This document shows, in pieces, positions 35,645-46,035 of a stretch of DNA of 64,000 bases; position 1 is the stretch's first letter; each line of letters begins with the position of its first letter. Source of the stretch: Vicinamibacteria bacterium (lineage in GTDB: Bacteria > Acidobacteriota > Vicinamibacteria > Vicinamibacterales > JAENWD01). The position numbers and the translations under genes were made by a program. The stretch spans positions 340,958 to 404,957 of the forward strand of contig CAWFRL010000021.1 in the NCBI GenBank assembly GCA_963818215.1, given 5' to 3'. The notes under the pieces are model-generated. The model was given only the letters and a program-made list of their open reading frames with translations, made no database searches and was not told the DNA's origin.

Positions 35645-36778
35645 ATGATCAACGTCGCGGCCATTCGGATGCAGCAGTTCGGGGTCCAGTTCTATCAGGC
35701 CTCGCTGACGGCCAAGGATATCGACAAGCTCGTCCGCTTCGAGGTCCTCAGTTACGCGGATCAGGCTCACCCGCCGGTCAGAGGCGGACGTCGAGGGGCC
35801 GGGCCCAAGATCAACTGGGATCTGCTCGAACAGCGCATCGCGTCGAGCGACCGCGCGTACCAGCGCCACATCATCCGCCGGAAGATCGACGAGCTGGTGC
35901 AGTACTACGAGCAGTGCCGGCAGGCGCGAGATCTGCCGTCGATCCCTGGCGCGGTCATCATCTCGTGCGACGAGAAGCTGAAGTTCGAGCCGGCGCAGGA
36001 TGGCGCTTCGGTGGGCACGCTGAAGGTGCCCGAACGCGAAGGCATCCTGCGCGCGATCGACGGCCAGCACCGCCTGCTGGCGTTGCACGCCGCGCTCGAG
36101 CAGATCGGCGGAGAGTCGTTCACGGTGCCGGCCATCATCTTCGACCAGCTGCCCGAGGATCACATCGTGCAGATGTTCGTGACGATCAACGCCAAGCACA
36201 CGCGGCTCAATGCCTCGCACCTGGTGTCGCTCTCGGGCCGCCAGCTCTATCGCGACGACAACCTGGCCGCCGCGCACGACATCGTCCGTGCGTTGAGCGA
36301 TCGAGAAGACTCGCCGCTCTACCAGCAGATCAAGCTGCTTGGCGTGGGCAAGGGCAAGGTCGCGCAGGCGCCGTTGGCCCAGGAACTCAAGAAGCTGTTC
36401 TCGGCCGACGCGTTTGGCACCGGTCGGAAGGCCGACGAGTTCCGCGAGGACTCGAAGAAGTTCTTCGTGAACTACCTCAAGCAGGTGGCGCAGGTGTTCG
36501 GCGCGGCCTGGAACGGCCGCAAGTACAGCATCCGCAGCGCGCCGGCTCTGCGCGCGTTCATTCGCGTGGCGCCCGATGTGATTCGCCGGCTCGACCAGGA
36601 GCGCGCGGACCGCTCGGACTATCGCGCCATCGGCCGCGTCATCGCGCCGTGGGGTCGACGAATCGGCGATCTGCGCTTCGAGACCGAGGGCGCATGGAAG
36701 CGCAATGGCTCGTCAGTGGAGCAGTTGGCAAAAGAGCTGCGGCTAGCCCTGCAGTATCCCGAAGGCGCTGGGCTCTAG
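35645..36778 (+). CDS. DGQHR-domain protein (DndB/ParB-like superfamily)
   Basis: YQR...RKIDEL..Y, PGAVII, AIDGQHRL, MFVTINAK; intact ORF. Confidence 0.9.
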   Translation: MINVAAIRMQQFGVQFYQASLTAKDIDKLVRFEVLSYADQAHPPVRGGRRGAGPKINWDLLEQRIASSDRAYQRHIIRRKIDELVQYYEQCRQARDLPSIPGAVIISCDEKLKFEPAQDGASVGTLKVPEREGILRAIDGQHRLLALHAALEQIGGESFTVPAIIFDQLPEDHIVQMFVTINAKHTRLNASHLVSLSGRQLYRDDNLAAAHDIVRALSDREDSPLYQQIKLLGVGKGKVAQAPLAQELKKLFSADAFGTGRKADEFREDSKKFFVNYLKQVAQVFGAAWNGRKYSIRSAPALRAFIRVAPDVIRRLDQERADRSDYRAIGRVIAPWGRRIGDLRFETEGAWKRNGSSVEQLAKELRLALQYPEGAGL

Positions 36779-36877
36779 TGTGTAGATTTCGAATGTAAGT
36801 TCGACACGAGTGTAAGACCGCGAACAGTCCTGCGACGCACAACCGCAATGTGCGTGTGATTTCTCAGCAGTCGGACG

Positions 36878-36893
36878 CGGCACGCTCCTTGCT
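36878..36893 (+). promoter_or_regulatory. Sigma54 promoter with upstream TGT-N10-ACA-type element (36811-36826)
   Basis: CGGCACGCTCCTTGCT, GG at 36879-80 and GC at 36891-92; predicted +1 about 36904. Confidence 0.75.
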
Positions 36894-36903
36894 AAATAGG
36901 AGG

Positions 36904-37006
36904 GCGTCAGCGGTCCGATATTACGGCAAGGGCGCCGTGATTGTGCTGGGGAGCCGGGCCGCCGGCAAAAGGGCATCGCGTGTTAACGCGGTGCCCTTTT
37001 CTTTTT
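36904..37006 (+). ncRNA. Putative sigma54-dependent structured small RNA (about 100 nt)
   Basis: Starts at the predicted +1; closing stem GTCAGCGGTCCG/CGGGCCGCCGGC encloses hairpins ACGGC-AAGGGC-GCCGT and GCT-GGGG-AGC; ends in an intrinsic terminator; no ORF. Confidence 0.6.
36967..37006 (+). terminator. Rho-independent terminator
   Basis: AAAAGGGCATCGCGT-GTTA-ACGCGGTGCCCTTTT followed by CTTTTT. Confidence 0.9.
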
Positions 37007-37043
37007 GCGGTCAGACTTCTGCTCCGGGCGGGGCGACTTCTTC

Positions 37044-37856
37044 GTGCACATCGATCTGAACGCCGATGTCGGTGAGGCCACCAACCCGCTCGAAGAACTG
37101 GTCGAGCTGGCACTGCTCGATCTCGTCTCGTCGGCCAACGTCGCGTGTGGCGTTCATGCGGGCGACCGCGGCGCGATGCGACGGCTGGTCTCGGTTGCGG
37201 CGGCCCACGGGCTCAACATCGGCGCGCACCCGGGCTATCCCGATCCCGAGCATCGCGGTCGCCGCGCGCTCGACCTGCCGCCCGAAGAAGTGCGACAGCT
37301 CGTCCGGGACCAGGTCGCCTCGCTTGCCGCCGTTGCCGCCGAACGCGGCGCGCGCCTCACGCACGTCAAACCACACGGCGCGCTGTACAACCAGGCGGTT
37401 TCAGACTCCACACTCGCTCATGCCATCGCGTTTGGCGTGAGAGATGTCGATCCGACGCTGCGACTGGTGGGGTTGTGCCGCTCACAGTTGCTCGAAGCGG
37501 GCATTGCCGCGGGTCTGCCGGTGTGGGGTGAAGCGTTTGTCGACCGCGCCTACCGACCCGACGGATCGCTGGTGCCGCGCAACCAGGCAGGAGCCGTCCA
37601 CACTGATCCCGGTCTGGCCGTGACGCAGGCGCTCACGCTGCTGCTCACCGGCTTCGTGCGCGCCATCGACGGGGTCACGCGCGTCCCGGTGCAGCCCGAC
37701 ACGCTCTGCATCCACGCCGATACTCCCGGTGCCGTGGTGCTGGCCCGGCGGCTGCGCAGTGCGCTCACGGAAAAAGGCATCGGCGTTGGCAGCGGCGTCG
37801 TCTCCCGTCGGCGCCGCGGCGCCGTGTCCGCGCAACCGCTGACGCGCAACCCCTAA
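37044..37856 (+). CDS. pxpA: 5-oxoprolinase subunit A (LamB/YcsF)
   Basis: IDLNADVGE, SANVACG.HAGD, GAHPGYPD, HVKPHGALYN, E.F.DRAY, TLCIH.DTPGA. Confidence 0.92.
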   Translation: MHIDLNADVGEATNPLEELVELALLDLVSSANVACGVHAGDRGAMRRLVSVAAAHGLNIGAHPGYPDPEHRGRRALDLPPEEVRQLVRDQVASLAAVAAERGARLTHVKPHGALYNQAVSDSTLAHAIAFGVRDVDPTLRLVGLCRSQLLEAGIAAGLPVWGEAFVDRAYRPDGSLVPRNQAGAVHTDPGLAVTQALTLLLTGFVRAIDGVTRVPVQPDTLCIHADTPGAVVLARRLRSALTEKGIGVGSGVVSRRRRGAVSAQPLTRNP

Positions 37857-37874
37857 CCCACCAGTCGCACCGCA

Positions 37875-39086
37875 GTGTTCTGGACAGAGGCGACCCCACA
37901 GGCGCGACGAGCCCTTCTGGCGGCCGCGGCGGGCTGGATGCTCGACGCGATGGACGTGCTGCTGTACGCGTTTGTCCTCGACCACGTGCGCGCGGAGTTC
38001 GGCATCGACGATCGCATGAGCGGCCTGCTGCTGGCGCTGCCGCTGCTGGCCTCGGCCGTTGGCGGCGTGTTCTTCGGCTGGGTCGCAGACAGGCTCGGCC
38101 GCACGCGCGCGCTGATGGCGTCCATCCTTGTCTATTCGGTGGCCACCGCGGCCTGCGGCCTGGTCAGCAGCGTCTGGCAGTTGGCGGCTGCGCGCCTGCT
38201 GGTCGGCGTGGGGATGGGCGGCGAGTGGGCAACCGGTGCGGCCCTGGTCGCAGAGACATGGCCGGCGCAGCACCGCGGCAAGGCGCTTGGTCTGATGCAA
38301 AGCGCCTGGGCGGTGGGCTACGCGGCGGCCGCCGGGCTCAATGCCGTCGTGCTGCCCGCGTTTGGCTGGCGTGCGGTTTTCCTGGCCGGCCTGCTGCCCG
38401 CGATTGTCACGTTGTGGATTCGCCGATCCGTCGAAGAGTCGCCGTTGTGGCTGGACGGTGCCCGAAAGGCGGAGCCCTCGGCGCTCTCTGATGTCCTCAC
38501 CGGTCGTGGCGCGCGGCTGACGTGGACGATCGTCGCGATGAACGCCGCGACGATGTTTGCGTGGTGGGGACTGTTTTCGTGGATCCCGTCGTTTCTCGCG
38601 CGGCCGGTCGACCAGGGCGGGGCCGGCTTGTCGCTGTTGCGCTCGTCCACGTGGATCGTGCTGATGCAGGTCGGCATGTGGCTCGGCTACGTCAGCTTCG
38701 GCTTCATCGCCGACCGCGTGGGACGCAAGCGCGCCTACGTGACGTACCTCATTGCCGCGGCCTGCCTGGTTCCCATCTACGCGACCTCGCGGCATCCCGC
38801 GGTGCTGCTGGCGCTGGGGCCGGTGGTGGCCTTCTTCGGGACGGGCTATTTCAGCGGGTTTGGCGCGGTGACGGCAGAGATCTTCCCCACGCGGATCCGT
38901 GCGACGGCTCAAGGCCTGACCTACAACCTCGGACGAGGCATCAGCGCTGCGGCGCCGTTCACCGTCGGCGCGCTGGCGGCGGTCTACGGTCTCGGGGCGG
39001 CGCTGCTCGTGACGAGTCTCGCGTTCCTCGTGGCGGCCACGCTGTGGATCTGGATCCCTGAAACGCGCGGGCGCGCGCTCTCCTGA
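37875..39086 (+). CDS. MFS transporter
   Basis: G..ADRLGR, GMGGEW, ETWP...RG, EIFPT.IRAT; 12 TM helices. Confidence 0.92.
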   Translation: MFWTEATPQARRALLAAAAGWMLDAMDVLLYAFVLDHVRAEFGIDDRMSGLLLALPLLASAVGGVFFGWVADRLGRTRALMASILVYSVATAACGLVSSVWQLAAARLLVGVGMGGEWATGAALVAETWPAQHRGKALGLMQSAWAVGYAAAAGLNAVVLPAFGWRAVFLAGLLPAIVTLWIRRSVEESPLWLDGARKAEPSALSDVLTGRGARLTWTIVAMNAATMFAWWGLFSWIPSFLARPVDQGGAGLSLLRSSTWIVLMQVGMWLGYVSFGFIADRVGRKRAYVTYLIAAACLVPIYATSRHPAVLLALGPVVAFFGTGYFSGFGAVTAEIFPTRIRATAQGLTYNLGRGISAAAPFTVGALAAVYGLGAALLVTSLAFLVAATLWIWIPETRGRALS

Positions 39087-39112
39087 TGGCCGAGCGAGCG
39101 CGCCGCGATGCG

Positions 39113-41349
39113 TCAGTCCTGCGATCTCTCGGTCTCTGTGGCTGATCGCTTCCCGCGTCCGCGCTGATACAGGAACGACACGGCGAGCAGCACCAGGCCT
39201 ACGCCGATGAAGCCAAGAATTCGATAGATCCCGCCAAGCGACGACAAGTCCACCAGGAACACCTTCAGCACGGTCAAGCCAAACAGCGCCATCGCCAGAT
39301 ATCGCAGCGGCGCGAAATCGCGCACGAGGCCGACGCCGATGAACGCTGACGCCAGCACGGTCCAGATCACCGACAGCGCCAGGCTCGAGGCAAACCGCGC
39401 GTCAGCCGACTGATAGCCTTTGAGGGACCAATACGCGTCGTTGTGCGCCGAGCAGGCGACGACCACCAGCACGCTGGCGACGACGACCGCAAGCGTTGTG
39501 CCCGACAGCGCGCGCTCCGCGTCCGCCCCCTCGATTCGGCGCCAGTACCACGCGACCGCGTAAAGCAGCCCGGCCAGGACCAACCCCATCACGAAGGCCT
39601 CGTGAGCGATGGGATGGAATACAGCCGGCGTTTCCGGTAACGAGAGCGCCAGGTATCGCACGACGGCCCAGGCGAGCAGTCCGCTGCCGCCCACGCGGAA
39701 CCACCGCTCGCGCATCAGCAGGCCGATAGCCACCACCAGCGCGCCTTCGACCCCAATCCCCACCGTCAGCCACGGGCCGTCAAACTGCACGGCCAGGGCC
39801 ACGGTGACGGCGCCAAGGGCGACCGCGAACGCGTTGAGCCCCGCGCGCCGGTCCTGATGCCAGAGCCGCCACGCCATTGCGCCATGCGCGGCAGCGATTG
39901 CCAGGCACAAGGTCGGCGCGCTCGCCAGCCAGACGTCCTCGACCGCCGCGTACATCGACGCGAGCAGTGCGTACCCGTTGGCGTGCTGCAACACGTTGTC
40001 GCCGCGGTCCAACACGCGTTGCTGGCGGAACACCCGGTCGAGTTGCGCCAGCGCATGCAGCGCAAAGACGGCAATCGCCGTCACGACGTTGGCCGTCAAC
40101 CACCGCGACGTCTGGTGCGAGTCGACCCAGGCCATCAACGGCAGCGCAACCGCAATCCAGGCGGCCCAGCGCCATGCGGTCGAATCGGCCCGCACCGCAA
40201 GGCCTACCGAGACCATCGCCACGGCGATCAGGTAGACCCAGACGGCCACGCCGTGGGGTTCGAGGATGCCGAGCGAGGTCACGTGGTAGAGCAGCGGTCC
40301 GGTCGCCAGGACGATCGACGAGAGGTGGCGCCAGCCGTGCCGCGCGAGTTGGGCGCGCAGGATCAGCAGGAACAGCACGCAGAAGAGCGTCAGGAAGAGC
40401 TCCGTGCGCAGCCACTTGGCGGGCGCCGAGTACTCGATCATCCAGGCGGCAATCGTGAAGACCGTGAAGCAGTAACTCAGCGCGTTCAGGCTGGGCCAGC
40501 CCTGCCGGTTCGCCAGATAGAGCGTGCCGACGACAAGCAGCGCGTCGTAGCTGAACAGCGTCAGCTGCGCGTCCTCGACCGCCCCCGACGAGAAACGGCG
40601 TCGCAAATCCGCCGCCGACGGCCATCAGCGCCAGGCCAAGCGCCCGCTGCCGGTCGGCCAGCGCGGCGGCACCCCCCGTCAGCATCACGAGCAGCGCAAA
40701 GGTCGTCGTGCGTCCGATCAGGTCGTAGAAGCTGAACGCCGCATAGATCGCCAGAAACAGCACGGCGAGGCCGCCGCCGGTGACGATCTGGCCGTACGCG
40801 CTGTAGCCGCGCTGGCTGAATCGCTGGCCGGCACCGATCAGCACGGCGCCGGCCACCACGCCCAGCGCCACGCGCATCGATTCGGTAATCCACTCGTTGT
40901 CGAATGCGTACTTCAGGAAAAAGGCGACGCCCAGCACCAGCACGATCGCGCCGACCCACAACATCAACCGCCCGCCGATCGCGTCCTCGAGCGACGTGGA
41001 CTCGTCGTCTCGTGCTGCGGCCGGACCAGCCGGCTCGCCGACGACACCTGGCGAAGGTAGTGGCGGCGTCACGACCGGCGGCGCCGGGTCGGACACGTGG
41101 CGGCACGATTGGCGGCGCGATTGGCGGCGTGACAATCGGCGGCGCGGCGGCACGTTCCGGTGCGGCTCCGAGCCTCGAGGCCTCCGCCGACTCCAGGGCG
41201 GCCAGCCTGGCCTGCACGTCGGCGAGCTCGCGCTTGACCCGGGACACTCGCATCCACGAGACAACCGGCAGAATCAGCCAGAGCCCCGCGGCAACCAGGA
41301 GACTGCCAAAGCCGATCAGGATGAGGAGCACTTCGTCTCCCGGGTTCAT
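39113..41349 (-). CDS. DUF2339 predicted membrane protein (frameshifted)
   Basis: LEDAIGGR...GVAFFLKYAF.N.WI; GGFATP; C-terminal KVFLVDLSSL..IYRILGF. Confidence 0.88.
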
Positions 41350-41461
41350 GACGAACCGGAGTGTAGCCTAACGGTTCGCAAGACAAGGCCTCCGGCGTCG
41401 GGATCTAGCGCGTATGCCTCAGGCCTCTGGAACTGACGAACCAAGCCTCGGGCTCCCCAAA

Positions 41462-41490
41462 AATCCGTGTAATCTGTGTAATCTGCGGAT
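41462..41490. repeat. Nonamer tandem repeat AATC(C/T)G(T/C)G(T/G) x3
   Basis: aatccgtgt aatctgtgt aatctgcgg at; same family as 63521-63552. Confidence 0.8.
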
Positions 41491-42085
41491 GATTCCTCTG
41501 CGTAATCCAAGCCAATCCGTCCTGCGCTTGACGATTGCGGCCATCGCCGCCCTGCTGTCGTCCGCCTGCCTGGTCGTCTCGCTGCAGCCGGTCTACGAGC
41601 CAGACACCATCGCGTTCGATCCGGCCCTGCTCGGTCCATGGATCGCCAGCGACGACGGCACCACCGTGTCGTTTGAACGGGCCGAGTGGCACTCCTATCA
41701 CGTGACCATCGAGGAGCGCGACGACCGCACGCGCCTGTCGGCGCGGCTCACCCGCGTGGGCGAGCAGTTGTATCTGGACGTGTCGCCGCTTGATGGCGCC
41801 GATGTCGCGCCGCTGCTGCTGCCGGTCCACGGCCTGTATCGCATCGAGCTCGGCGGCGACGAGCTCTTGCTGTCGGACCTGAACTACGAGCATTTCGAAC
41901 GGATCGTGAAGGAGGGCACCTCTGGCCTGCCGATGGTCGTCGACGCGCGCAAAAACGTGGTGATCACCGCCAGCACGTCGGAACTCCGCCGATGGCTGGT
42001 GGCGCATGCGGCCGACGAGGGCCTGTTTGCGGTGCCGACGACGCTGCGGCGCAAGGCCGCCGCTGCCAGCCCTACGCCGCGCTGA
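41489..42085 (+). CDS. Hypothetical lipoprotein
   Basis: Lipobox ALLSSAC, then LVVSLQP.Y....FDPALLG.W. Confidence 0.7.
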   Translation: MIPLRNPSQSVLRLTIAAIAALLSSACLVVSLQPVYEPDTIAFDPALLGPWIASDDGTTVSFERAEWHSYHVTIEERDDRTRLSARLTRVGEQLYLDVSPLDGADVAPLLLPVHGLYRIELGGDELLLSDLNYEHFERIVKEGTSGLPMVVDARKNVVITASTSELRRWLVAHAADEGLFAVPTTLRRKAAAASPTPR

Positions 42086-43776
42086 TGTGCTGCCGCACCA
42101 GTTCGCGGCGCAGGATCTTGCCGACCATCGTCTTGGGCAGCTCGGTGCGGAACTCGATCGCCGACGGGACCTTGTAGGGCGCCAGCTTCTCCTTGCAGAG
42201 CCGCTGGAGGTCCTCGGCGGTGGCGGAGTGCCCCGCTCGCAGGACCACCCAGGCCTTCACCGATTCGCCCCGGGTCGCATCGGGCACGCCGGCGACGCCG
42301 ACTTCGGCAATCGCGGGGTGGCTGGCGATCACTTCTTCGACCTCGCGCGGCCAGACCTGGTAGCCGCCCGGCTTGATCAGGTCCTTCTTCCGATCGGTCA
42401 GGAAGACGTAGCCGTCCTCGTCCATGTAGCCGATGTCGCCCGTGTGCAGCCAGACGTCGCCCTCGGCATCGGCTCGAAGCGCCTGCGCGGTCTCCGACGG
42501 CGTTGTTCCAGTACCCGCGCATCAGTTGCGGCGCCCGCAGCAGCAATTCGCCCTCTTCACCGGGCCCGAGCGAGCGCAGACCGGTCTCGACGTCGACGAT
42601 CCGCGCTTCGACATCGGGCAGGGGCACTCCGATCGAGCCGATCTTGGCGCGGCCGCGCAGCGGGTTCACCAGGCACGCCATCATGCCCTCGGTGAGCGAG
42701 TAGCCCTCGATGATCCGGCCGCCGGTGAGCGTCTCGAACTGCTCCTTGGTCGCCTTCATCAACGCCATCGCGCCGGAGAACGAGATCTTGATCGACGAGA
42801 AGTCGACCTTGCCCGCCCGGACGACGGGGCTGTTGAGCATGGCCTGGAACAGCGTCGGCACGCTGAGCATGAAGGCCGGGCGTGTCGCCTTGATGGTCTT
42901 CAGCACGTCGGCGAGATCGCGCGGGTTTGGCACGAGCGCCAGCGGGCTGCCGCTGGCCAGGCCGAGCCCGAAGGCGCCGACGTTGGCGTACACGTGAAAC
43001 ACCGGCAGCGGCACGAGAATCACGTCTTTGCCGGCATCGAACTCGGCCTTGTTCCAGGTGTACAGCTGCAGCCCCGTGTACACGTAGGCCTTGTGCTGGC
43101 CGACCACGCCCTTGGGAGTGCCCGTCGTCCCGCCGCTTGCCAGGATCACCGCGTCGTCATCGGCGCCTACGGCCGCGCGGATCGGCTGCTGGCCCTTGTG
43201 CGTGCTCATCAGGTCGCGCAACCAGCGGTCGCCCGCCGAGAGCGTGATGCGATGGCCTTCCTTCTTCTCCTTGAAGAGCGTGAAGAGCAGCGACATCACC
43301 GGGGGCAGGTATTCCTTGATGCTGGTCGCCACGACAATCTCGACGCCGGTGTGGGGCTGCGCGGCCTTGATGCGGTCGTAGAACTTCGTGAGCGCGACGA
43401 CGACGCGCGCGCGGGTGTTGACAAGCGGCGGCACCAGCTCGTGATCGGTGTAGATGGGATTGAGCGCGACGACGACCGCGCCGAGCTTCCACAAGGCGAA
43501 CTGCGCGATCGCAAACTGCGGGCAGTTGGGCAGCAGCAGCGCGACACGGTCGCCGCGGGCCACGCCGAGCGACGCGAACCCGGCGGCGCAACTGTCACTG
43601 AGCGCGTCGAACTGGCGCCAGCTGATACGCTGCCCCTTGAAGAGCAGGGCCGCCCCGTCGGGGCGTTCTTTCACGTGCCGGTCGAGAAAGTCGACGAGCG
43701 TGCCACCTGGATACGGCGCCAGGGTGGTGGGCACGCCCGTGTCGTAGTGGGCCAGCCATGGGCGGGGCGACGACAT
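42072..43776 (-). CDS. fadD: Long-chain-fatty-acid--CoA ligase
   Basis: SGGTTGTPKG, EGYSLTE, WLHTGDIG.MD, DRKKDLI, LPKT.VGK. Confidence 0.9.
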
Positions 43777-43818
43777 GTCGGCCCACTGTACGGCGCGACG
43801 CGTCGCGGGATCAACACA

Positions 43819-44832
43819 TCACGTGAACAGCATCGACAGAATCGCCTTCTGCGCGTGCAGGCGATTCTCCGCCTGGTCGAACACCACTGAGGTCGGGCTA
43901 TCCAGCACACCGGACGAGACCTCCTCGCCACGGTGCGCCGGCAGGCAGTGCATGAAGAGCGCGCCCGGCTCGGCGCGCGCCATCAACCCTTCGTTGACCT
44001 GGTAGCCGGCAAAGGCACGGTCGCGTTCGCGCGACTCGTGTTCCTGGCCCATCGAGGTCCACACGTCGGTGTAGACCGCGCACGCCCCCTTCACGGCCTC
44101 CTTCGGGTCGGTGAACAGCCGAAGCGCCGCGCCGTGACGGGACAGCCAGGCCACCTGCGCCTGCACGCGCTCCGGCAGGACGTAGCCGTCGGGCGAGGCC
44201 AGGTGCACGTGCATGCCGGCCATCGCCGCCGCCTGCGCAAGCGACGTCGCGACGTTGTTGCCGTCGCCGACGTATGCGATGGTGCGCCCAGCCAGCCTGC
44301 CGAGCCGCTCCTGCAGCGTGAGCAGGTCGGCCACGGCCTGGCACGGGTGCTCCTCGTCGGTGAGCGCATTGACCACGCGCAGACGCGGCGCGGCGGTGGC
44401 GAACTCCTCGAGGATCTGCTGCGCGAAGGTGCGGATGACGACCGCGTCGACCCAGCGCTCGAGGTTGCGCGCGACATCGGCCGCCGACTCGCGCCCGCCG
44501 AGCGCCACGTCGGACGGAATGAGGATCGGATCGCCGCCGAGCTCCCGTACCGCGACCTCGAAGGTCACGCGCGTGCGCAGCGACGGCTTGTCGAACAGCA
44601 GCGCGACGTGCCGTCCCGACAGCGGCGTCTCGACCCGTCGACGTCCGGCGGCGCGGGCCTGCTTGAGTCGCGCGGCCTCGGTGAGGCACGCGGCCAGTTC
44701 CTCCGGCGTCACGTCGGCCAGCGACAGGAACGAGCGCGTGCGGGGCGGCTGCGAATGGCCGGCCCGTGTGGGGCGCGCCGCTTTGAGCGGCTGCACGCGC
44801 GCGCCCGTTCTGGCAGTGGTCGTTCGACTCAT
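43819..44832 (-). CDS. argF: Ornithine carbamoyltransferase
   Basis: PSLRTR, HPCQ, VGDGNNV, TDVW.SMG, MHCLPAHRG, QAENR. Confidence 0.95.
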   Translation of the reverse strand: MSRTTTARTGARVQPLKAARPTRAGHSQPPRTRSFLSLADVTPEELAACLTEAARLKQARAAGRRRVETPLSGRHVALLFDKPSLRTRVTFEVAVRELGGDPILIPSDVALGGRESAADVARNLERWVDAVVIRTFAQQILEEFATAAPRLRVVNALTDEEHPCQAVADLLTLQERLGRLAGRTIAYVGDGNNVATSLAQAAAMAGMHVHLASPDGYVLPERVQAQVAWLSRHGAALRLFTDPKEAVKGACAVYTDVWTSMGQEHESRERDRAFAGYQVNEGLMARAEPGALFMHCLPAHRGEEVSSGVLDSPTSVVFDQAENRLHAQKAILSMLFT

Positions 44833-46035
44833 GTTCTGTACTCCCCGTTGATCCGCACGTACTCGGCGCTCAGGTCGCACGTCCAGACGACAGCGTGTCC
44901 GGCCCCGCCGGTTCCCAGGTCCACGTGGACGTCGAGCTCGGCCTGCCGCAGGTACTCCGCCGCCTCCGGCGCCTGATCGTCAAACGGCTGGCCGTCCTTG
45001 AAGAGCACGATCGGCCCCACCTGCACGCGTGCGTGCTCGAGCACGAAGCGCGCGCCCGAACGGCCCGACGCCGACACCAGCCGGCCCCAGTTCGGATCCG
45101 CGCCGTGAACCGCGGTTTTCACCAGCGGCGAGTTGGCGATGGTCTTGGCGGCGCGCATCGCGTCAGCCGTCGATTCGGCGCCCGTGACGTGGACCGCGAC
45201 CAGCTTGGTGGCGCCTTCGCCGCCGCGCACAATCGCCAGCGCCAGGGCGCGCGCGACGGCCTCGAGGCCCTCCACCAACGCGCCGTAGCTGCTGCTCGTC
45301 GATGGCAACGCTGCTGCTGCCGCTGGCCAGCGCGACAAACGTGTCGTTGGTGGAGCACTCGCCGTCCACCGTGATCGCGTTGAACGTGCGGTCGGTCACC
45401 TCGCGCAGCGCGCGGTCGAGCAGCGCCGGCGTCACGGCCGCATCCGTCGTCACAAACGCCAGCATGGTCGCCATCATCGGCTCGATCATGCCCGCGCCCT
45501 TGGCGATGCCGCCCACACGGAATGTGCCAGCCGGCGTGTCCACCTGCACGGCAAACTCCTTGGGGCCCATGTCGGTGGTCATGATGCCGCGCGCGGCGTT
45601 GTGCCCGTCGCGGCTCAGCGCCGCAAAGGCGGCCGTCGCGCCGTTGACCACCTTGTCGACCGGCAGGTGCACGCCGATGACGCCGGTCGACGAGACCAGC
45701 ACCTGCTCGACGGGGCAGCCGACCAGACCGGCGACCGACATCACCGTCGCGCGCGTCGTCGCCAGGCCCTGGGCGCCGGTGCAGGCGTTCGCGCAGCCGC
45801 TGTTCACGACGATGGCGCGTGCCCAGCCGCCGCTCCTGGCGACGTGCTCGCGCGAGACCAGGACCGGGGCGGCCTGCACCTGGTTGGTCGTGAAGACCGC
45901 CGCGACCGACGCTGGTCGATCCGCGACGATGAGCGTGATGTCGAGCGCCCCGGACGCCTTGATGCCCGCCGACACCCCGGCGGCCGTGAACCCTCGAGGG
46001 GCGGTGATGCCGCCGGCAATCTCGGACACGCTCAT
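44829..46035 (-). CDS. argJ: Glutamate N-acetyltransferase (bifunctional ArgJ)
   Basis: NSGCANACTG, SSTGVIG, IMTTD, KGAGMI.P.MATML, DGECSTND, SPLVKTA..GADPNWGR, CDLS.EYV.IN. Confidence 0.95.

Noticed and set aside
35645-36778. Complete Dnd phosphorothioation defence system
   Set aside because: Only the DGQHR gene is present; no dndA/C/D/E or restriction components are in the window.
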